Assembly: GCA_034780895.1 (NCBI GenBank)
Contig: JAUZTB010000048.1
Location: 33,071,309 to 33,135,308, forward strand
Length of the DNA: 64,000 bases
Direction of reading: 5' to 3'
From: Rhynchobatus australiae
Lineage: Eukaryota
Shown: positions 40,485 to 53,262 of the stretch, piece after piece
Layout: every line of letters begins with the position of its first letter
Position numbering within the stretch: the stretch's first letter is position 1
Position numbers and translations under genes: made by a program
The notes under the pieces: model-generated
The model's input: the letters and a program-made list of their open reading frames with translations, nothing else
Told to the model about the DNA's origin: nothing
Database searches by the model: none

Positions 40485-40498
40485 CTCTGTGGTTGCAT
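40485..40498 (-). CDS. ZMYND8: ZMYND8 first coding exon: ATG CAA CCA CAG AG = MQPQ(S)
   Basis: acagtacaATGCAACCACAGAG|gtaagc. A 14-nt phase-2 exon equivalent to the MHPQS start of mammalian ZMYND8, in frame with exon 2. Confidence 0.9.
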
Positions 40499-40599
40499 TG
40501 TACTGTAACACAGGGTTAAGTCAATACTTAAAAAAACATGGTGGACAGTAACCCAGTAGTCAGAGAAGGGCTTGGCACATAAGCTTGATGATCTGTCAG

Positions 40600-40690
40600 T
40601 CTCCAAAGTATCTCAAATGCAATTGGACGAGCTTCTTTACCAGCATATAAAATTAAAGCTGATTGGCTCGTACACTTCCTGAATGGTTAC
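40600..40690 (-). promoter_or_regulatory. Putative proximal promoter of the MQPQS exon
   Basis: On the minus strand: AGGAAGT (ETS-like, 40674-40680), GAGCCAATCAG (NF-Y consensus, core 40662-40666), TTTTATAT (~40645-40652) and a second CCAAT (40622-40626), all 120-180 bp upstream of the ATG. TSS unknown. Confidence 0.45.
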
Positions 40691-41229
40691 TTCTGCACAG
40701 CATTTGCAGACAGAAACCATTCTGTGAAAAGAATTTAAATTCAAAGCTTGGCTCAGTTTCAGAAGCAGAAAGCAAAGATATCAAAGAAGCCAACTCATAT
40801 CAAACTGTTTTTTAATTCTAGACAGCTAGGAATGTCCTGTTGTACTGTGGCAGCTCATTTTAACAGATTAGCTTACTGTTATTGTCCTTTTCCCTGAATG
40901 TAAAATGACAAGAACTGCATTTTGTAAATAAAAGAATTAACAGTGTTAGTCAAATAACTGTGAATGCTCCAATGTTTCAAGCTCTTTAAAGAAAAACAAC
41001 AGCACAAAGATATCAGTGAAAGACAACTTTTTTCCAATAATGTAACTATATTAGAAATGGAAGGAAGGTGTTTGTTAAAACAAAATACAGTATTGCAATA
41101 CACAGTCAACATCTTGAATTTATATGGTCCTTTTAACACAGAAGAACACCCCAAGTTGCTTTTGCAGAGGTGAAATTAGAAGAGGAACGGATACTGAACC
41201 AAAGAAGGCCACACTGAGGACCCTGATAT

Positions 41230-41575
41230 GGGAGATGCTGAGGGGATGTTTCCTCTTGCGGGTTATCTGGAGCTAAGGGATGAAGTTTCAAAATAAAGAA
41301 TCAACAATTAAAGATGGAAGTGAGGAGAAGCTTCTCTCAGAAGGTTGAGAACCTTTGGAATTCTCTTCCCCGGAGAACTGTTGAAGTGAAGTCATAGATT
41401 ATATTCAAGGCTGAACCAAACATATTTATGGAAAGTAACTGAGAAAGGGGTCAGGGGAACAGGCAGGAAACTCAATTTGAAGCCATGATCAAATCAATCA
41501 TGATCTTATTGACTGGTAGAGCAGGCACAAGGGGTGGTAAAGCCAACTCCTATTCCTGTTTCTTACGCTGTGTAA
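41230..41575 (+). mobile_element. CR1 LINE 3' relic
   Basis: gatgtttcctcttg..ttctctcagaaggttgagaacctttggaattctcttcc..ttcaaggctga, then a tail with ccaactcctattcct. Confidence 0.7.
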
Positions 41576-41584
41576 GTAAGAATC

Positions 41585-42740
41585 AGGATCCAAATCAGAT
41601 TTATTACCACTGATTTCTATGACATGAAATTTGTTGTCTTGCAGCAGCAGTACAGTGTAAAGATACAAAATTACTATAAATTACAACAATAAATAAATAG
41701 TGCAAAGAAAAGGAATTACGAGGTAGAGTTCATGGATTTCATGGATCATTCAGAAATCTGATGGCAGAGGGGAAGAAGCTGTTCCTGCATCATTGAGTGC
41801 GAGTCTTCAGGTTCCTGTACCTCCTCCCCGATGGTAGTATGCCTTGGATGGTGATGGATGCCTCCTTCTTGAAGCACCACCTCCTGAAAATGTTCCTGAT
41901 GGTGGGGAGAGATGTGCCTGTGATGGAGCTGGCTGAGTCTACAACCCTCTGCAGCCTCTTGCGATCCTGCACATTGGAGCATCCATACCAGGCTGTGATG
42001 CAACTAGTCAGAATGCCCTCTACTGTACATCTATAGAAATTTGTAAGAGTCTTTTGTGACATACCCAATCTCCTCAAACTCCTAATGAAGTAGAGCCACT
42101 GGCATGCCTTCCTTGTGATTGCACCAATGTGTTAGGCCCAGGATAGATCCTCTGAAATGTTGATGTCCAGGAGATGCTCACCCATTCCACCGCTGACCCC
42201 TCAAATCGGACAGGTGTGTGTACTCCTGACTTCCTCTTCCTGAAATCCACAATCAATTCCTTGGTCTTGCTGACATTGAGTGCGAGGTTGTTGTTGCAAC
42301 ACCACTCAACCAGCCAATTTATCTCACTCCTGCATGCCTCTTCATTGCCATCTGAGATTCTACCAACAACAGTGGTGTCATCAGTGAAGTTATAGGTGGT
42401 ATTTGAGCTATGCTNNNNNNNNNNNNNNNNNNNNNNNNNNNNNNNNNNNNNNNNNNNNNNNNNNNNNNNNNNNNNNNNNNNNNNNNNNNNNNNNNNNNNN
42501 NNNNNNNNNNNNNNNNNNNNNNNNNNNNNNNNNNNNNNNNNNNNNNNNNNNNNNNNNNNNNNNNNNNNNNNNNNNNNNNNNNNNNNNNNNNNNNNNNNNT
42601 TGGTGATTAGTACTGAGGGGATGATGGTGTTGAACACCGAGCTGTAATCGATAAACAGCAGCCTGACGTATGTTTTCCTGTTGTCCAGGTGCTCCAAAAC
42701 AGAGTGGAGAGCCAGGGAAATTGTGTCAGCTGTTGAGCCG
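41585..42740 (-). mobile_element. Rex1/Babar LINE 3' portion with 3' UTR (contains a gap)
   Basis: ORF 42074-42697 gives [29 protein letters not shown] and LNVSKTKELIVDFRK. ORF 41790-42077 gives FYRCTVEGILTSCITAWYG and LPSGRRYR. Confidence 0.92.
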
Positions 42741-43369
42741 TCTTAAGGAACATCTTAAGGAAAATGGTGGCACTGGTGAGACAGGAAAATTGAGGGATGC
42801 AATTCCAGTGCACAGACAGTTGGAAGCAAATATTTTGGAATGGGAGAATCAGTAGAACGAAAAGAAACAAGGTCTTGAAGGGTATAGGACATAACAAAAG
42901 GAGTTGACAATGCAGTACCTCTTAACTGCCCTGTCATTTAATCCATCCTGGTTGATACTATACCTCGGTGCCACTTTCCCCACACTAAACCCATTTCCCT
43001 TGATTTCCTTGTTGTTTAAGAATCCATCAGTTCCTGTCTTGGATATAATCAGTGTCTGAGCTTCTGCAGCCCAACAATGGAGAATTCCAAAAGATTCACC
43101 ATCCTCTTGTGAAGAAATTTCTTCTCATCTCCCATCACCTAAACACCAACACCTTTCAATTTCTTACCATTTAAAAGCTATTGCGTGTTTCCTTTTTTTT
43201 CTGGCAAAGTAGAGGAACTCATTATATTCCAAGGCATGAACTCAGCCATCACTTAACCTGTCTGGATCCCACTGAAGGATCCTTCAGCAGCCCATTCTAT
43301 CACCTAGCTTAGAAACATCAGCAAACATGGATATATTTGATCCCCTATCTACAATGACATCTTTCATAT

Positions 43370-43902
43370 TTCATTACTGCACAGAAGGAGGCCTTTCAGG
43401 TCATTCAGTCAGAGCAATCACATCAGTCCCATTTTCCTGTAACCTATTCTTTCTCAGATGTCCATTACATCCCTGTGGTTGTCTTGACCACCCATCTAAA
43501 CTAGGGGTAATTTACAGTAGCCAATTAACCTACCAACTAGCATATAGAGTCATAGAGTACTACAGCATAGAAACAGGCCCTTCAGCCCATCAAGTCCACG
43601 CCAACCTGATATTCTGCCTAGTCCTATCTACTCTCACCTGGACCATATCCCTCCAAACCCCTCCCATCCATGTAACCTATCCAATCCTCTCTTAAATGTT
43701 ACAATTGAACCCACATCTACCACATCTTAAAGAAAATGATGGCATAGGAGGACATGTCTTTTGGATGTGGGAGAAAACCGGGACACACAGGGAAATCCCA
43801 CAAGGTCACAAGGAGAATATGCAAACTCCACACAGAGCACTGGAGCTCAGGTTACTGGAACTGTGAGGTAGCAGCACTCTCTGCTTCGCCATTGTGCCGC
43901 AC
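43370..43902 (-). mobile_element. Old V-SINE interrupted by a CR1 3' fragment (~43541-43730)
   Basis: V-domain complement ggatgtgggagaaaaccgggacacacagggaaatcccac and tRNA head at 43840-43902. The inserted catagagtcatagag..aaacaggcccttcagccc is a CR1 tail. Confidence 0.7.
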
Positions 43903-45427
43903 CTCTCATTTTGGTTCATAAACTCATGGGTGGTACCTCATTGGATGCCTTCTGAAATACCAAATGTACAGAATCGACCGGTTTCCTCTTATATCTTCTG
44001 CTACTTACCACCTCAAAAAACTTTAACATATTCAACAAATGTGATCTCCCTTTCATAAATCCATGCTGACTCTGTTCAACCCAGTAATTATTTTTATAGG
44101 TCCCCTGTTATCCCTTCCTCCGTAATAGATTTCACCATTTTGCCCATTACATTTTTCAATGTGTGGTACTGCAGAACCAGGAACCAAGTGAGGTCAGCAA
44201 GGAAAGAGGCTAGATACTTCATGGTAATGGATAAGGTGAAGTTTATTGTCAGGCAGGATGCCAAGTAAGCCAGCAAAGCACTGCAATAATTAATTCTGAA
44301 GCTAATAAGCCGTGGCTGAGGGTTTGACTAGCAGATGAGCAGAGCTGAATGAAGAGACAGTTAATGTTAAGAGAGGTTAAGGTAGATGATGTTTGTTGGG
44401 GAGAGGTACAAGGCAGAAATAGTGTGCTGAGATTATGAAATGTCTGATGGTGCTTAAGATTGGGAAAGGAATTGTTGACAGGTATATTATGTTTCTGCCA
44501 AGGAGTAAAAATAGTTCTTCATCTTTCTAATGTTCAAGTGAATGAAATTGTAGCTTAATCATGACCACACATTAGTGCACTGACAAGAGTTGGTCCATGT
44601 CATTGGACGATTTTGGTCTGGCACAGAATGAGACCATGAATGCAGGAAGCCAGGAATGGCAGTGCAAAGTTGGCAGAGGTCTCATTGATGGAGATACTCT
44701 GGCTAAAATCACGTGGAACAGGATTGAACCAAGCAAAGGCAATTTCATTAAGCAGGGGCAATGGAGGAAAGGAACTGGAAGAGAAAGATACCANNNNNNN
44801 NNNNNNNNNNNNNNNNNNNNNNNNNNNNNNNNNNNNNNNNNNNNNNNNNNNNNNNNNNNNNNNNNNNNNNNNNNNNNNNNNNNNNNNNNNNNNNNNNNNN
44901 NNNNNNNNNNNNNNNNNNNNNNNNNNTTAACTCTTTGTGCATGCAGTGTGTGGTTTTGTTGACTCATTTGTTGTGTGCTCTGCTGTGAGGAACTTCGAAT
45001 CCAGTGGTTTCTCTGTTTGTTCAGATATCTCTGCATCCGTGTGGGTGTCACTGCTAGTGAGGTTGTTTACATCTCTGTGTGACTGTTTGCAATTTTATTG
45101 TGTGTCTGAATGACTGTGTGTTTGCCTCTGAGTGCTTGTTTGTGGCCTCTTCTCACTCTCTCTCTGTTTCAGTGTCCGTGTGTTTGTGTATCTGTCCTTG
45201 TGTGCTTTGTAAGNNNNNNNNNNNNNNNNNNNNNNNNNNNNNNNNNNNNNNNNNNNNNNNNNNNNNNNNNNNNNNNNNNNNNNNNNNNNNNNNNNNNNNN
45301 NNNNNNNNNNNNNNNNNNNNNNNAGAAGAAATCCTGGAGAAGAATAGGTTTAAGAATTCCTTGAGGGGCCCATACGAGCAAAGGAGCTTCTCCTGGTTCA
45401 CTAGGAAAGGAAAACAGATCAATATTA

Positions 45428-45555
45428 AGATAAGAGATCTTTATTAGTCACATGTACATCGGAACACACAGTGAAATGATGTTTTGCGTAGAGTGTTCTG
45501 GGGGTAGCCCGCAAGTATCGCCATGCTTCTGGTGCCAATGTAGCATGCCCATACA
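45428..45555 (-). mobile_element. 3' half of the same SINE family as 53263-53567
   Basis: tttattagtcacatgtacatcggaacacacagtgaaat..ctgggggtagcccgcaagtatcgcca..ctggtgccaatgtagcatgccca, nearly colinear with 53278-53397. Confidence 0.8.
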
Positions 45556-45991
45556 TAGAACATTCCAGCTAAATTCTTGTCTAAATCCTTTTCCTGAAAC
45601 ACTTGTCTGCCAAGAAAACTTCCATGCAGCCCTCCACATGTTAAGTTTGCAGCTGGACAACCAGGAAGTCAACTGCCATTTAACTAAAGGATCCTGCTGC
45701 GTTCCGGAGGGAGTCTCATTTGCTTGCTCAAACACAAAGTTTAATATTGCAACCACAAAGCCAGCTGAATCATCACAGTAGCTACTCAACTGTTTATCCA
45801 GATACTAGGTTCAATTTGGCTCTACAGTAATTTGGAAAATTGTGAAGATTTCACAATGATGCAATCAGCTGAAAAATGACATCACCTTGTTGCTGATTTC
45901 AGTTGACATTTTTTAAATCACAGCTAAAAGTAAAAATACTGCCAGATATGCCAAGAAATTTCACAGAAGTATGGAATGCCACTGTATATAT

Positions 45992-47135
45992 TCATGGAGT
46001 TATAGAACAGAGAGCACAGAAACAGGCCCTTCAGTCCAACTGCTCCATGCTGACCAAGATTCCAAGCTAAGCTCATCCCATTTGCCCTCATTTGACCCAT
46101 ATCGTCTAAACCTTTCCTACTTATGTACCTGTCCAAGTACCTTCTAAATGTTGTTAATGTGCCTGCCTCAACCACTTCTTCCAGCAGCTCAATCCATATA
46201 CTTACGACTCTCTGGGTGAAAATGTTGCCCCTCAGGTTCCTATTAAATCTCTCTCCTATCACCTTAAACCTATGCCCTCTAGTTCTCGATTCCCCAACCC
46301 TGGGGAAAACACTGTGCGCATTCACCCTATCTGTGCCCCTCATAATTTTATCCACCTCTATAAGATCACCTCTCATTCTCCTACACTCCAAAGATAAAAG
46401 TCCCAACCTGCTCAACCTCCCTCCATAAATCAGTCCCTCAAGTCCCAGCAACATCCTCATTAATCTCCTCTGAACTCTTTCCAGCTTAATGGCATATTTC
46501 CTATAGCAGGGTGACCAAAAGTGAACACAGTATTCCAAATGCAGCTTTACCAACATTTTGTACAACTGCAATATAACATCCCAGCTTCTACACTTAATGC
46601 CCTGACTAATGAAGGCCAGTGTTCCAAAAGCCTTTTTCACCACCCTGTCTACCTGCCACACCACAGGCAACCATGTAGTTGTACTCCTAGGTCCCTCTGT
46701 TCTACAACACTCCCTAGGACCCTACTGTTCACTCTGAAAGTCCTACCCTCATTTATCTTCCCAAAATGTAACACCTCGCACTTACCCAAATTAAATGCCA
46801 TTTGCCATTCCTCGGCCCACTAACCCAGCTGATCAAGATCCCTCTGTAAATTCTGATAACCATCTTCACTGTCAAAGACACCACCTATTTCAGTGTCATC
46901 TGCAAACTTATCAACAAAGCCTTGTACATTCTCATCCAAATTATTGATATAGATGACAAATAGCAATGGACCTAGCACCAAGCCCTGGGGAACACCACTA
47001 ATCACAGGCCTCCAATCTGAAAAACAATCTTCCATCATTACCCTCAGCCTCCTACCATCAAGCAAATTCTGTATCCAATTAGTTAGCTCTCCCTGGATCC
47101 CATGGGATCTAACTTTCCATAACAGCCTACCATTA
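45992..47135 (-). mobile_element. CR1 LINE, 5'-truncated, RT C-terminal half plus 3' UTR
   Basis: ORF 46820-47158 gives SGVPQGLVLGPLLFVIYINNLD and KFADDT. ORF 45924-46670 gives LYKMLVKLHLEYCVHFWSP, LERVQRR, RGDLIEV and RTRGH. Frames are disrupted. Confidence 0.93.
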
Positions 47136-47247
47136 AAATCTTGTTCAAGTCTATGCATTTCACCTCATCCTGGCAACATATCCTTGTGATCTTTCTTCCC
47201 TCCTGTAATTATTCAATTTCTGTCTCCATGCATCTATGCATTAGCCT

Positions 47248-47967
47248 TGTTGACAGATGAGAGAGAGAAAGAGTTAAATAGAAGGATTAGAAACAAAGAG
47301 GCCTGGGTCAACATGAAGTAGGACTGTGTGTAGTTGGGTCACGCTGACATTAGGTCACCTGGTTATTGTTGGTGTGGGAGCATAGCTGAGACAGCTTTAT
47401 AGCATATTGAACATTCCTCTACCACTGAGCACAGAGAAAGCAGATAAGGATGTTCTGATATGAACAGACATTTTGGGGCACCATCTACCAGGAACAGTCC
47501 GGTAAACTATAGAAGCATAAACAGACACCTTAATAATTGGGGACCAGTTGGCCAAAGTGGTTACAAAACAGTTGTCAACAGAAATTTGAAAGAGCCAAAG
47601 CAAGGTCCAGGAGGTAGGCAAAGGAATAGATTAAAAGGTGCCTCAAATAAAAACCAACAGCAGTGACTCCAGAGACCAACCATTGCAGAAGAAGACCCTG
47701 AGTCTGAGAATCAGAGCAGAACTCCGGTCAGGTTCCTCTGAGCGGGTAGCATGTAGATACAAGTCATAGGTTTTGCAACTTATGACAGTAAACTAAAGAG
47801 TTGTGTAACTGAAAGAGTTAAATAACTAAAGAGTTAATCAGTCTTGTTTGAACTACACAGTGAATCTTTGAGTTGCTTGAGCTAATCGTGATCAATAAAG
47901 AAGTATAGTTATTTGGCAAAGTCATTGTCTGGAGTGGGTTATCAGGTGCTGTTTCGAATTGGCAACA
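47248..47967 (+). mobile_element. Solo LTR, 720 bp
   Basis: TGTTGACA...TGGCAACA termini (7/8 inverted match), GCCT direct repeat at 47244-47247 and 47968-47971, AATAAA at 47894-47899. Confidence 0.8.
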
Positions 47968-50900
47968 GCCTCAACCACTTCAAATAGCAAAATCTATTTT
48001 CTCTTTAACTTTAATTCCAATAGGCCCTAATTTTGAACTCCCACACAAGCAAAATCTTCTTTCCAGTGTTTACAATATCAAATCCTTTCAGGTTTCTAAT
48101 TACTTCTATTAGGCCATGGCTCAGTTTCTTTTTCCAGACAATTAAAGCCCAGCCTGGCCAATCTTTCAAGAATTTTTCTTCCTGAAGGAAGTAGAATGAG
48201 TGGACACAACTTCAGGATTATAAAATGTGCATAGAATAATCAACACCTGGTACAGGTTGTTCAGATGTTGACTGTTTGAGAAATTGTTGAGTGTTATATT
48301 GGGAAGATGGTTGGTCTGGCATTCGGAAAGGGTGAGATCAAATGGATCAAAGCCATGAACACGGTTCAGATGATCCAAATGGCCTGTTTTTATCCTGTGA
48401 ATTCCAAGTAAAAAAGCAATTTTTTTCATCCCATTTCATCAAATGAACAGGTGTAAGCTTTCATGGCTTGAGTCTGTTTTATTCAATTACAACAGGGTAA
48501 ATCTGTACTTAAACATACAGTGATAACTTTACTTGACAAAGAGCTGCTCATCTCAATCTTAAAAATATTAATTGACCCAGCATTCGTAGCCATTTGGGAG
48601 AGAGAATTTTAAATTCCTATGATGTTTGTGTGTAAAAATATTCTTGATTCCACTTGTAAGTGGATACTGGATTCTGGATTTCTGCAGCAGAGGAAATATT
48701 ACTCAAGATTTGCACAACTGAACCACATCAATTTAAACAATTTGATTGATAATCATTCAACTTTCTAAACTCATAGCAATAATACACTATTTTTACTAAC
48801 CTGTCAATATAATTTAGTCCTTGCAGTCATGGTAACCTACTAATGAATCTTCAATGTACCCATTCCAGAGATAATATACCTGAGGCTTAGTGTCCAAAAA
48901 TTAACTGACTGCTTCTGATGAAATCTGATAAAGACTATGGAAAATTTCCTCACCTTTGAATAGTAATAACTTACCTATCTTTGTGCTATCTGCAAATTTA
49001 AAGTTATAACTGTTTATTCTTTCAATTAGTTATTTAAAAATTTGGTGAAAATTTGAGGACATATTAAAGACCTTGGAAATCCATCAATGAATATACCTTT
49101 ATTGCTATTCCTTGACTCCTATCTCCAAACCAGATACAAACCATGTGATTCAGTTACAGTTAATTCTGCACACTCCCTTTTTTGTTTATAATCTCTTATG
49201 GTGTACCTTTCAAATACCTTTGACAAGTCTCTGTAGATAACATCCATGGATACTCCCATAGCCACTCTGCTATTCAACACCTCAAAACAGTCAACCTGTC
49301 AAACATGCTTTACCTTCAAGAAATGATCAACAGGACTTGTCCAAGTTCTTAGCCACTCCAGGTGTGTTTTCTATGGGGAACCAGGGAGGAAGTAGGTAAC
49401 ATTGGTGGTACAGGGAAAACCCCCAAGGGCTGGGAACTGTTGAATGTAAGGATAGGATTTAATTTACTTCATTAGCAGCTGACCAGATTGAAAGACTGAC
49501 CATCTGAAATATTGGATAACCATCTACAGGAGAGGACTTGGTTGGATGGGGGATTTGGGGGTAGGAAAAACGTAACAAGTGGGAGTAGAGAGTTGGGATT
49601 AGGGTTTAGTGGGAGAAAGGAAAAGAATACCAATCAGGAGAAAGGGAGCAACAGACTGGGGCGTGTTAGGAGGAGGGAAGGAGACTGAGGTTAATGGTGA
49701 GGTCTCTGTCTCAGAACATATATGTCTGTAATTTCTTTGTGATAAATGTTACACTGAGAAGTCCAAAATTACCTAATTTCTCCTTCCACTCCCATTCTAA
49801 ATAACAGTAATAATAATAGCTTTCCAATCCTAAAGCATAATTCTTGAATCTAGATTGCTTTAGAAAGTAATGACTGATGCATCTGCCAATTTCCTTATTT
49901 TTATGGTGGAAATCATTAGATCCTGGAGATCTGTCTGTTGTTGGTACCATTCTTTCTTTTGTTACCACCCTTAAACTTATAAACTAAATCCCCACCCCCC
50001 ATTGAATAATGTTTATCCACATCTTTCACAAAACAAAAGACAAAAAGTACCTAGTGAACAAATCTTATGATTTTGAAAAAAATAAAACAAATGTGCTGCA
50101 GGACAAGAGACTACAATTCATGTCTGCTCTGAGGAGAACAACTTCAGCTTTGTTTCTGTTTCCCTCCCCACAGACACTACCTGATTTGCTGAATATTTCT
50201 TGAAATTTCTTCTTTTATTCGGGCTTTTTCTGGTCTCTTGATCTAAATCAAAGTGTCCTCTCCCTGATCATTGGTGAATCTCTGTGGCCCCTTCAGTGCT
50301 TCTTTATTCCTCCTGAAGTGCGGGTGGGCAGAACCAGAAACAATGTTGCAGTCAAGGATTAAACAGCAATTTATTAAGCTTTAATGTAGCTAACTGCTCA
50401 TACCACATCTAGGATACAAATTATCGACTTTCAACAGGGAGAAATATTCAGAGTATATAAATGAAGCAGTGTGGGAGAGCATTATTACAACACTTCTGTT
50501 TCCTTTCTTCCCTACTTTATAAGATATTGAAATGACTTATCCATTTCCAGATTCAAACCCATGGCCCTTAGATAACTGCTCTAAGTTTATGAGAAGGAAA
50601 CATTTAGTATATAGATGATATAATAGAATATGTGACACGATTAGAATGTACTGGAATATATTAGGAAGTGTGAGAATTTTTCTGATTTGTCCCATAGTTG
50701 TTGCTATGGTATCAGGAGGGTCTGTTTTCACTTTAGACCTAGTATTTAGCTTTTTTTTTGGCAACAATATGGTTGTTCAGAGAACATTTGTTTGCCTTGG
50801 GATTTGATGTGTAACATGGATGATTTTCTCACTTTAGTAATTCAGCAATATTAACACAGCTGGAGGATCACATGACATAGGTAATGGTTTGTGCAAGTCA

Positions 50901-51494
50901 TAATGGACTGGAAAAGGTTCATTATTGAGCTTGGCTCTACTCACTTATCTGTCCTTTCATTGTTCTTCTCCCCGGAGCTAGGGCTTCCCTTTGTATAATA
51001 ACTTGTGAAGGAGACTCAGTTATAGTCACTAAATTTGGTACATTATTTGAGTACTAGTTATGCATTCAAGGAAAGAGTGCACACAAAACAATTGCTAATA
51101 TTTTCATACAGATCTCTGTCTTTTCCCATTGATTCCGAACCCCAAATTGACAATTTCATTTTCTACAATTTGTTCCATTTCAGCTGTATATAATCTTTTT
51201 GTACCCTGCTGATGAGCTTTCACTGAACCTTCAAGTGCTCTTCTTTACTACATCTGTGGCAATGAGAATGTCATCTTGATTACATGCACTCCTTTTATCC
51301 TTTTTGAAATGAAAAACCTTTAGGGCTGACTTAATGCCAAATGTAACTTGGTGGATGTATACAACCCCTCATATACATTAGTTTTATGTAGTTTTATGCT
51401 GCCTGGCCTGCAGAGTTCCTCCAACATCATTGTATTTTTCATCTAGATTCCAGCATCTGCAATCTGTTATTTCTCTTTCTTTAGTTTTATATAG

Positions 51495-52585
51495 TTCTGA
51501 TTCCAAGTCCACATTCAAGTGTGCATACGCGGTGGGACAGGTCCATCTTGATAATGACAAATAAATCTTGTGAGGTTGGCTGTAGATACCACTCATTATC
51601 AATAGTTCTTTGTGAGCCCTACATAATCATGCCTTGGGGACCACCAGTAATAAAAGGTGCAAACACTTTGTTGGACCTTCACAAACATCCCATTCTCTTT
51701 CAAAATTTCCAGACACTTCTCTTTACAGGGAAGAAGTGTTAGTTCCCAGACAATTGTGATCATGGGCCTTGTTCCCAAACAATAGCACTGTATGAGTCAA
51801 TGAAAGCTGCTCATATTGTACCAAACCTTCTGCAGATCCATAACTATCACACCACATTGAAATGCAATGGCCTTAGCTGGTCATATCCTATCAGTAGCAG
51901 CCATCTCATGTTATCACTTTCATACTGGTAGCCATTTTACATGCCACCTCAAGTGTTCGGTGTTCACCCGAACTAAAAGGTCTGGAAAGCACAGTATTTT
52001 GCCAGTATCTTTAGCCTGACCACATGTTTGCCAGCTGTTTCCTTTGGTTCCCATTCCATGTGCCAAACTTCTATCCTTTGAAAATCTCTGAAGGTGTGAA
52101 TTAAAACACTCCTCCAAAGTTTTTACAATATCCTCATCTGTAGCTTGTGACACCAATAGACTCACTGATAGCTTGTATGCATCCAGCCCTGCCACCAGTG
52201 AGTAGCTGAAACTGGTTGCATTTCTCAAGCTTTCCAAAATATCTGAAATGTCCATTGCCTGTCATCATCATTATGCTACCTAAAAAACCCTTTCACAATT
52301 AACTTCACACTTGATTCACAAGCACTCCAATATTATCATCACCAATGTAGCAGCTAAAGGTTCTTTGGAAATATTAGAGGTGGAGCTAACAATAAAAAAA
52401 TCCTTTATTGAAGGCAACAGCTCACAAATAACAGTCATGATTGATCTAACAATGTATCAAGATTTACAGTATTCCACATAGAATACACAATTCTTAAAGT
52501 ACAATAACTCTTACATATGCTACACTATTCTGTATACATATTCTCACATTCACAAGCTATACCAGGTGTTGAAATTGCTGCAACA
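51495..52585 (-). mobile_element. Internally deleted Gypsy/Ty3 LTR retrotransposon relic (5' LTR, PBS, gag/protease/RT fragments)
   Basis: LTR 52346-52585 (TGTTGCAGC...GCTGCTACA, AATAAA at 52404-52409), PBS-like TGGTGATGA at 52336-52344, gag-like FGKLE and YKL..SL...DIVKTLEECFN, and frameshifted RT motif KMDLSH/AYAHLNVDLES at ~51497-51552. Confidence 0.7.
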
Positions 52586-53262
52586 TTGTGTAATTCTGCA
52601 ACAAATAGATTGCTTTTAATAACTTTACTAATAGTAATCTATTCAAGCAAATGAATTAAATGGATACTTAACCCATATAAGCTTGTGGCATTATAAACCA
52701 TGACAGCAGAACTGAATGAACGAAATAACGAAATTCAAGACATGCAGCTCTTTTCTGCATAGATGCTAAAAAAAAGTCTTAAGTTTTACACATCATTAAG
52801 TGTGATTTCCACACCAACATGGATCTGGCATGTTGATTGCTGACGTGCTTTGCTGCCTCAGTTAAATATTTCTTTCTAGCTGTGCCCAGCTCTCCATCTG
52901 AAGTTGATGATGAAAAAAATAGGGTGTTATGTTCTGGCAGACTCTAAGATGAGACACATGAAGGAATTCCCATTACAAATTCCAGTGGATACTTTCAAAG
53001 GGTATGATTTGAGAGATCTCTCTGTTTCCTAAACTTAGGGGAATCTAGTCCAAATGGTTCTGAGTTCATTCATCAATACTGTTCTGGTGATAGTAGGCCA
53101 TCTAAATAAATTCAAGTAAAGGAGAACTGGGGATGAGGAATACTCTGGCTGTGATGATTGAAGACTCAAAATTGCTCCTCTACTAAAGCTGTTCCTGTAC
53201 AGCTACAACACTGGAAACCTGTTGACAGTGTTGAACATTACTCATATGTGTCCTTTTGACAA

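Noticed and set aside
44930-45213. TG/TC-rich stretch with Cys/Val-rich ORFs
   Set aside because: Low-complexity decayed microsatellite sequence between two gaps.
45924-46670. 248-aa ORF as a host or domesticated gene
   Set aside because: It is the C-terminal part of a truncated CR1 ORF2, disconnected from the upstream RT frame and running on into UTR sequence.
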